A stretch of 64,000 nt of DNA, taken from the NCBI GenBank assembly GCA_963706735.1, contig CAVPNQ010000071.1:3563-67562 (forward strand), in the 5' to 3' direction. The position numbers and the translations under genes were made by a program. The notes under the pieces were generated by a model, which ran no database searches, was not told where the DNA came from, and saw nothing but the letters and a program-made list of their open reading frames with translations. This DNA comes from an uncultured Planctomycetia bacterium. Lineage in GTDB: Bacteria; Planctomycetota; MHYJ01; WSZJ01. Positions within the stretch are counted from its first letter, which is position 1. Each line of letters begins with the position of its first letter. Shown here in pieces: positions 58,130 to 64,000 of this stretch.

Positions 58130-59583
58130 CGCCGCGCAAGGTTCATTGAAACGCGCCCCGGATTCGTTGACCAGGCTGCTCCCCGGCGGCGCAATGCACG
58201 GATGCCCACCCGCCGACGCCGCCGGATCCTGCCCGCCCTGCTCTCCTTCGCCCGCGTCCTCCTGGATGCGACCGTCATTGCCGCCGTTCGAGGAAAGGGC
58301 CTCCGCGGCCAGGTCGTCGCTCTCGAGGCCGAGGTCGGCCGCCTCCGGGCTGAACTGGAGCTCCTGCGCGCGCGGTTCTCCCGCCTCGAACCGATCCACC
58401 GGCCGCGCTACAAGCCGTTCGAGCGGTTTCGCATCCTGTGGCATCGCGCGCTCCATCGACTGTCGCTGAAGCGCGCCGCCGCCTCGTTCCTGCTGTCCCC
58501 GACCACGCTCTCGACCTGGCTCCAGGCCGCCCACGCCGGCCTCACGCGGCTGTTCCTGAAGGCCGGGCCGAAGCGCCGCCGCGACCTGGTCGGCGAAACC
58601 GCCGCCCTCCTGCGCTGGCAAAACCCGTCGTGGGGCTCGCGCCGGATCGCCGACGTCCTCGTGCGCCTCGGCCTCAAGACTTCGCGCCCCTCCGTCCAGC
58701 GCAAACTCCGCCGCCTGCCGCCACGCAGGCCCCTGCGCCTCGTGAAGCCAGTCCGCAACCCGCCGAAAGGCATCCGCGCCCGTCACCCGCACCACGTCTG
58801 GTTCGCCGATTTCACCCAGCTCTCGTGGCTCTTCGGCACCGTCACCTTCCACGTCGGCGCCGTCATCGACGCTTTCTCTCGAAAGATCGTGGCCATCGGC
58901 GTCTCGGAAGGCGAGCCGACCGCGCAGTGGACCGTCCGACTCCTGAGCCGGGCCATTTCCTGGCACGGCACGCCGCGTCACTTCATCACCGGCCAGGGCG
59001 CGCAGTTCACTTCGAAGCGAATGAAGCAGTACCTGAAGCGCAACGGTATCCGCTGGCGCCACGGGGCGGTCGGTGCCTCGCAGAGCATCGCGCTCATGGA
59101 GCGATTCTGGCGAACGCTTAAGTCCGAGTGGGCCACCGTCTGGCTCTGCTGGGCGGCGCGCCCGGTCATCGAACGACGGCTTCGCGAATGGGTGACCTGG
59201 TACAACGAGCACCGGGTCCATCGAGGAGTCGCCGGCCGAACGCCAGCCGAAGTCGAGCAGGGAAGGCGACGACGAAAACCACTCGTCGTGAAATCCCAGG
59301 ACCGCTGGCTGCTTGTCCGCGAAGAATTCCGCGGACAGAAGCACATGCCGGTCTACCGACTCCGCAAGTCGGCGTAGGTCCGGCGCTCGATTCGACGATG
59401 CGTCGCGCTGCCCGTGTATCCGCAGCACGCCATCGACGTCGAATTCGCGCTTCCCGACGCAAGTGAGGCGAGTCCACACGCCCTCGGAAGTCGCAATGCG
59501 ACTCCGATGTCGTCGAGCGCAGCCCTTACGAGTGCCGAACTTCGTACTCACGTCGCGCTCCGTCTTGGTTTTGAGCCCCTACA
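58125..59583 (+). mobile_element. IS element with rve/DDE transposase
   Basis: Ends TGTAG...CTACA bracket the transposase; no TSD seen. Confidence 0.6.
58202..59377 (+). CDS. Integrase-core (rve) DDE transposase, second Asp replaced by Gly
   Basis: NPSWGSRRI HTH, VWFADF, ITGQGAQF, ERFWRTLKSE, YNEHRVH. Confidence 0.88.
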   Translation: MPTRRRRRILPALLSFARVLLDATVIAAVRGKGLRGQVVALEAEVGRLRAELELLRARFSRLEPIHRPRYKPFERFRILWHRALHRLSLKRAAASFLLSPTTLSTWLQAAHAGLTRLFLKAGPKRRRDLVGETAALLRWQNPSWGSRRIADVLVRLGLKTSRPSVQRKLRRLPPRRPLRLVKPVRNPPKGIRARHPHHVWFADFTQLSWLFGTVTFHVGAVIDAFSRKIVAIGVSEGEPTAQWTVRLLSRAISWHGTPRHFITGQGAQFTSKRMKQYLKRNGIRWRHGAVGASQSIALMERFWRTLKSEWATVWLCWAARPVIERRLREWVTWYNEHRVHRGVAGRTPAEVEQGRRRRKPLVVKSQDRWLLVREEFRGQKHMPVYRLRKSA

Positions 59584-59593
59584 TGTGCTAGAC

Positions 59594-60142
59594 TCAGTAG
59601 TCTGTCCCCTCATTGTTCTCTTCATTGTACTTTTGCACTTCATCTCGAAGTTCCGTGACCGTCCTGCCTCGGTTTTTTGCAAGCCACTCGCGCCAGGACC
59701 CGTCATAACAACGCTCGAGAAACGTCCTCGCCCCCCTTCGCCGAGGAAACGCAAGTAGCGACTCAATCAAGTCGGTACAAACATCACTAACATTGATTGT
59801 CGTGCGAGATGACTTGCGAGGTGGGCCAACGTCTGGGGCGCAACTCCACATCGCTGAGGAGCAGACAGGTCGAATATCACCAGTGCCTTCGACCAGGCCG
59901 TCCAATCCATCCAAACGAGGGTGATCGTACAGTTCGCGTCCAAGCCATTCCCAGAGGGCTAGTCGCCGATTCAACGGGACGGACCTATCCGCGATTATCT
60001 CGACAAGATTCCAGAGGTCGCTCGTCGATTTCATCGACTGAGTCCCTTGTTCCCTCTTCACAACACGATCTTCCTCGCACTTCGAGGTCGCGCAGCCGCC
60101 AACCAACACCAATAGAGCAAATGAGCATCGCGCTTTGAGCAT
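59594..60142 (-). CDS. Hypothetical lipoprotein (island)
   Basis: GAGGAG RBS, lipobox VGGC, lower GC. Confidence 0.55.
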   Translation of the reverse strand: MLKARCSFALLVLVGGCATSKCEEDRVVKREQGTQSMKSTSDLWNLVEIIADRSVPLNRRLALWEWLGRELYDHPRLDGLDGLVEGTGDIRPVCSSAMWSCAPDVGPPRKSSRTTINVSDVCTDLIESLLAFPRRRGARTFLERCYDGSWREWLAKNRGRTVTELRDEVQKYNEENNEGTDY

Positions 60143-61019
60143 GGACTCTTCTCCTCGGAAATGAAGTTCGCAGTTGATGTCAAACCTGGACAACTCTGGG
60201 ATGGCCCCATCGACGACTCGACGGTCTCGGCGTCGTCCCTGCTGGCGGCCCGACTGATGCGGGATAAAGCTCTTGAGAGGGACCCGCCTCCTGAGTTTGA
60301 GATACCTGAGGTTCTGCAACGTTCAGCCGATGGCAATGCGGTTGTGGACACTCTCTGAGATCTGCTTCCCTTGGCGCTTGCCGTCAGGCCTCCCGGCGTC
60401 TAGGCTCCGCTCTATTTGCGACCCCAAATTTGTGTCTGAAGTCGTCCCTGTGCTTCCGGCTAGTCGACTAACGCCATTTCCAGAAGGTGGCTGGTCTCGG
60501 CGCCGGCTTCCCAACCGGACTGCTCACTTCGTTATTCCTGAACGTGGCACCCTCGACGTCGTCGCTGCTCGGCGCCTCCGGTCGACCGTGTTTTGCGGCG
60601 AAGTCGTGGGTCCAAGACTTGATGGGTCATCCGCCGGACTCAATCGCGCCATTCTACTCGGGGGTGGCAGGCGGGCGAAGAAGGAAATTACGTCGTGAGA
60701 AACGAAGAACTCCCGGGCGTCCTCGATGAAGGCGTTATCCTGGTCACCCTTGTGGAGGTGCGATGCTGCTTCCGCGGATAGGAACATCCAGTGGGTGGCG
60801 ATGACGGGGAGTTCAGTCTGGTCCTCGGGCGGGACGAATAGGGCCTCGGCGCTCCTAGCACGCCTCCCGGCATCCCCTCGTCGCTTCTCCACCACAGTCC
60901 GTCGTCAGGTCGTCCTACATGCTTCCTTCTTTTGCGGCGCGGCTCTGCCGCTTGTGCGGGGAGGGAATTCCCCAAGCGATTTCCCCAATCCACGTAACAT
61001 CCACTAGTTGTTCAAGATC

Positions 61020-62243
61020 TCACCTGAGAAGCCGCTTTGCATTCAATCGACGCCGCCCGGGAAGCACCTCTGAGCCTGCACCTCCGGGCCAGCTGCGGAC
61101 ATGATCAATGAGATTCTGTAGTGGCACCACACCGCCCGGGTTGTTGTAGAATTTGCCCTCCTTTTCAAAGCTGTCACCGATGACAAAACTACCACCCACG
61201 TATACGAAATTCTCACCCAATTGTGGTTCCGGAGTCGACTCGGTCGCACCGATGTTTAGAATAGCCCCTGAGTCTCCAGGGATCCAATCCCATCGCTTGT
61301 CGGAGTCCGAAACGCTCTCGATAGGGAAGTACCAGCTGAGGAAGTCCTCTCGAAGCCGGACGACGTTCTCGTGGTCATCGAGACCTATTTCTCTCGTCTT
61401 GCCTTTGAATTTCAGAAGAGCATTTCGGATAATGTCCGGGCGGGCGATTTCGAGACCTCGTATCATGACAAACATCGTAGCGAGATTGCACCCGACTACG
61501 GCACCGGGGGAACCATTAAACACGGCACCCATTAGACTTTCTCCACTCAATAGGTCATCTGTAATATCAACCAGAACCTCCGGGAACACACCTTCGCCGT
61601 CAGCTGCGAGAATTGCCGTCCAGCCACTAGGCAGCGTGGCCGGCCTACCCGCACCTGGGAATCGGATTGCGCGCTGCGCCGCAGGCAGGGAGCCTTCCGC
61701 CTTGCCTTCGGCCGCTATCCATGTGCGAATGCTAATGTAGTCCCGGAATTGATCGATGTTCTCAAAATCGAAGAGCTCATTGCAACTCATCAAACGATAT
61801 ATGGTTTGCGCCGTAATTCCCTTCAATCCCGTCTCACCCGAACCAGTGAACCGGCGCAAATTCAGGGTGTCATCCTTCGCTGTGGAGGTCTCCGAGAAAT
61901 TGGCTTTCGTGAAACCATATTTCTCGAAGAACCCGATGAAGTCCCAACGAACTTTGTCCCGATTTGGAATCCGGATTCCATGCCAGTCCGTGAGCTCTGT
62001 TCCTACCGGCACTTGCGCCCCCGGCCAACCACCAGCGGCTCCTGCAAGGCCTCCAGAACCAATCTCGCTTGCTCCGGGGACCCCACCGCCGGCTCCAAGA
62101 AGAACCCTGCCACCGATTGAAGAGCCGCCTGCCGCCGACACACGCGGGCTTCCCAAGGCCGGCGAATTGCAGATTCGGCATTCAGTACGACACGCGGCGT
62201 GACCCAAGGCTGACTTCAAGTCCGTGGCGATCTTTACCGACAT
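61020..62243 (-). CDS. Protein with C-terminal Tgl-like transglutaminase domain (possibly 3' part of interrupted gene)
   Basis: GCNLATMFV, WIPGD...N...TPEPQLGENFVYVG resemble Tgl ECATA and PGD...NP...GENA motifs. Confidence 0.55.
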   Translation of the reverse strand: MSVKIATDLKSALGHAACRTECRICNSPALGSPRVSAAGGSSIGGRVLLGAGGGVPGASEIGSGGLAGAAGGWPGAQVPVGTELTDWHGIRIPNRDKVRWDFIGFFEKYGFTKANFSETSTAKDDTLNLRRFTGSGETGLKGITAQTIYRLMSCNELFDFENIDQFRDYISIRTWIAAEGKAEGSLPAAQRAIRFPGAGRPATLPSGWTAILAADGEGVFPEVLVDITDDLLSGESLMGAVFNGSPGAVVGCNLATMFVMIRGLEIARPDIIRNALLKFKGKTREIGLDDHENVVRLREDFLSWYFPIESVSDSDKRWDWIPGDSGAILNIGATESTPEPQLGENFVYVGGSFVIGDSFEKEGKFYNNPGGVVPLQNLIDHVRSWPGGAGSEVLPGRRRLNAKRLLR

Positions 62244-62276
62244 CGGCTGCCCCCTAATAGGATCCTGAGCTAAGAC

Positions 62277-62699
62277 TTACAGGATTGACCACCCGGATGT
62301 GGATGCGTTCGTCGGTTTGATATTTGCGAGACAACAGCAGCAGTGACACAAGTCAACTTGAGCGCTCGCGCCGCGGCCAGTGATTGCTCCGGAGGCTGCA
62401 TGGCTAGAGATTGCGCTCACCTTGTAGGTGCCCTCTTGTGATACCGTGACGAACGCCACTGCTGACGTATCCGAAATCACCGCTTCCGGAGAGACTGCTG
62501 ACTGCGCTGAAACGACGCGACTCGCACCTGCAATTGCCAGTGTGGAATTCATGTCTATTCCAATTCGCATTCGTCGCAATTCCACTGACGCGCCCGCGGC
62601 CTCAAAGCGATTCATGGCCGCCAGGATTGTGCCTTCTCTGGTGCGGCCGAAGGTTCCAATTGACGGGGGGACTGTTGCTACGGCAGGGAGTTCCGACAT
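62277..62699 (-). pseudogene. In-frame upstream fragment of the 61020 ORF
   Basis: Same frame; separated only by TAA at 62277-62279 and 11 sense codons. Confidence 0.4.
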
Positions 62700-62989
62700 G
62701 TGTGCCTCCGTTGAGAGCGTGCTGTCACCAGTCGAGTTGCCGCGATGGCACGGCTGACACCCTTTGTGTTTACTTTCCGCTCGTGTGTGGGACTCGCGTT
62801 CGGGCTTGCGAGGCTAGTATGCAACGCCAGGCTAACGTACAGATGATCGCCGTTTTCGATGGACTCCCGATGAAACCTGAGTTGGGACGAAGTGAACACC
62901 GTGCGATTCCTGCGACACCACCTCCATGTTCAGGAACGTGTCCATGGTCGTCCTTTTGTCTTGATGGAGTCTCAGGTATTCCTGCGAAA

Positions 62990-63214
62990 CTACGCTCGAG
63001 CCTGACGCTCATGCCCGTGAATGCTCACCTGAAGCAGGTTCTCGATCTTGGGCGAGGGGTTCATCGGTTCGGGTTCGATCACGCGATCACGGCTGACCAG
63101 CTTGGGCAGCCCTTCGACCCCGGTGCTCTTGTGGAGCAGGTCGTCGAGGGATCCGCGAGCCGGCGGGGTGGACTGGACGAGCTGCCAGTACTCAGGTTCG
63201 CTGATTTCGGGCAT
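62990..63214 (-). CDS. Small hypothetical protein or start of a decayed gene
   Basis: GGAG RBS before ATG 63214. Confidence 0.35.
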   Translation of the reverse strand: MPEISEPEYWQLVQSTPPARGSLDDLLHKSTGVEGLPKLVSRDRVIEPEPMNPSPKIENLLQVSIHGHERQARA

Positions 63215-63267
63215 GGCTTTCTCCAGGTTGGGGAAACGGCACTTCCGAGAGTTCTGCGGGGCGAGGG

Positions 63268-63603
63268 CTAGAGGTCCGCGGTGTTGAGTCCGCCCGCCAG
63301 AATCGTATAGCCGGCGCCAGTCGTGGTTTGGTACTTGAGACGGACGAATTGAAACGCGACTGCGGTCCTCGCGGAAGGTGCGGAGTAGCCCACGGCGTTT
63401 ACCGTGTAGGCGCTGCCGAACGTGGTCCAGTTCTGGAGGTCGTTTGAGCCCTGCGTGTCGATCGTGACTTCGCTCGCGGACCCGGTGAAGGCGTACACAG
63501 TCAGCTCAACCTGGAAGGCGTTGGAGCCCGCCATGCCGACGGCGGGAGAGTATTCCGGGGTCGAGTTGGAAACGGCGAGCTTACTGGCTAACTGGGTGTA
63601 CAT
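63268..63603 (-). CDS. Small beta-sandwich protein, paralog 1
   Basis: AGGAG RBS; MYTQLASKL...GSNDLQNW...FQFVRLKY. Confidence 0.8.
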   Translation of the reverse strand: MYTQLASKLAVSNSTPEYSPAVGMAGSNAFQVELTVYAFTGSASEVTIDTQGSNDLQNWTTFGSAYTVNAVGYSAPSARTAVAFQFVRLKYQTTTGAGYTILAGGLNTADL

Positions 63604-63668
63604 CGTTCTCTCCTGTTTGATGGGATCCTGAGTTTTCGGGAACCGGACACGCACTTGATCCAATGAAC

Positions 63669-64000
63669 CTACTGTTTCGAGCTGTTCAATCCGGCAGCCA
63701 CGATGGCGATTCCGTTCGTGCCCACGCAGGTGTACTTGAGCCTCAGGAACTGATACGCGATCGAGGTGGAGTTGCTCTGGGCGCTGTATCCAACAGCGAT
63801 GCTTGTGTACTGCACGATTTGCGCCCAGTTTTGCATGTCGTTTGATCCCTCGATGTCCAGGGTGAGGCTTGTCGCACCTGAGGCCAGGGCGTAGACCGTG
63901 ATTTCCACCTTGGCGGCGTTCGCGCCGTCCATGCTGACTGCCTGCGAGTATTCTGCGCCTGCGGCCTGCGAGACGGAAAGACGACTGGCGAGCTGCGTGT
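63669..64000 (-). CDS. Small beta-sandwich protein, paralog 2 (start just beyond window)
   Basis: (Y)TQLASRL...GSNDMQNW...YQFLRLKY, colinear with paralog 1. Confidence 0.8.
   Translation of the reverse strand, partial: TQLASRLSVSQAAGAEYSQAVSMDGANAAKVEITVYALASGATSLTLDIEGSNDMQNWAQIVQYTSIAVGYSAQSNSTSIAYQFLRLKYTCVGTNGIAIVAAGLNSSKQ

Noticed and set aside
60150-61000. Genes in this island segment
   Set aside because: Only short overlapping ORFs in several frames, with no motif or clear codon bias

Overview
GC-rich (~70%) bacterial chromosomal window, probably Planctomycetota-like (HEAT-repeat secreted proteins, Ser/Thr kinase, a Planctomycete-type ABC/TPR cassette). It holds the start of the atp operon, housekeeping genes (rsfS, trmD, riboflavin synthase, frameshifted rsmB, 2-oxoacid:ferredoxin oxidoreductase), a canonical tRNA-Cys between two long hairpins, and a two-component-linked amino-sugar/ArnT glycosylation operon. 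A genomic island begins at a tRNA-Asp 3' fragment (att site, ~57.3 kb) and carries a TA pair, an IS, a Tgl-like transglutaminase gene and tandem beta-sandwich paralogs. The most striking locus is a sulfur/methionine cluster at 46.7-51.7 kb. In order it has a SAM-II-type riboswitch with a terminator, an unknown protein, a Cys-rich small protein, a porin, a TusA-OsmC fusion, a second non-canonical tRNA (tRNA-Sec-like body, GCA anticodon, U73) and a cobalamin-independent methionine synthase-like gene. All calls come from reading the sequence and recalled family motifs; no searches were run.
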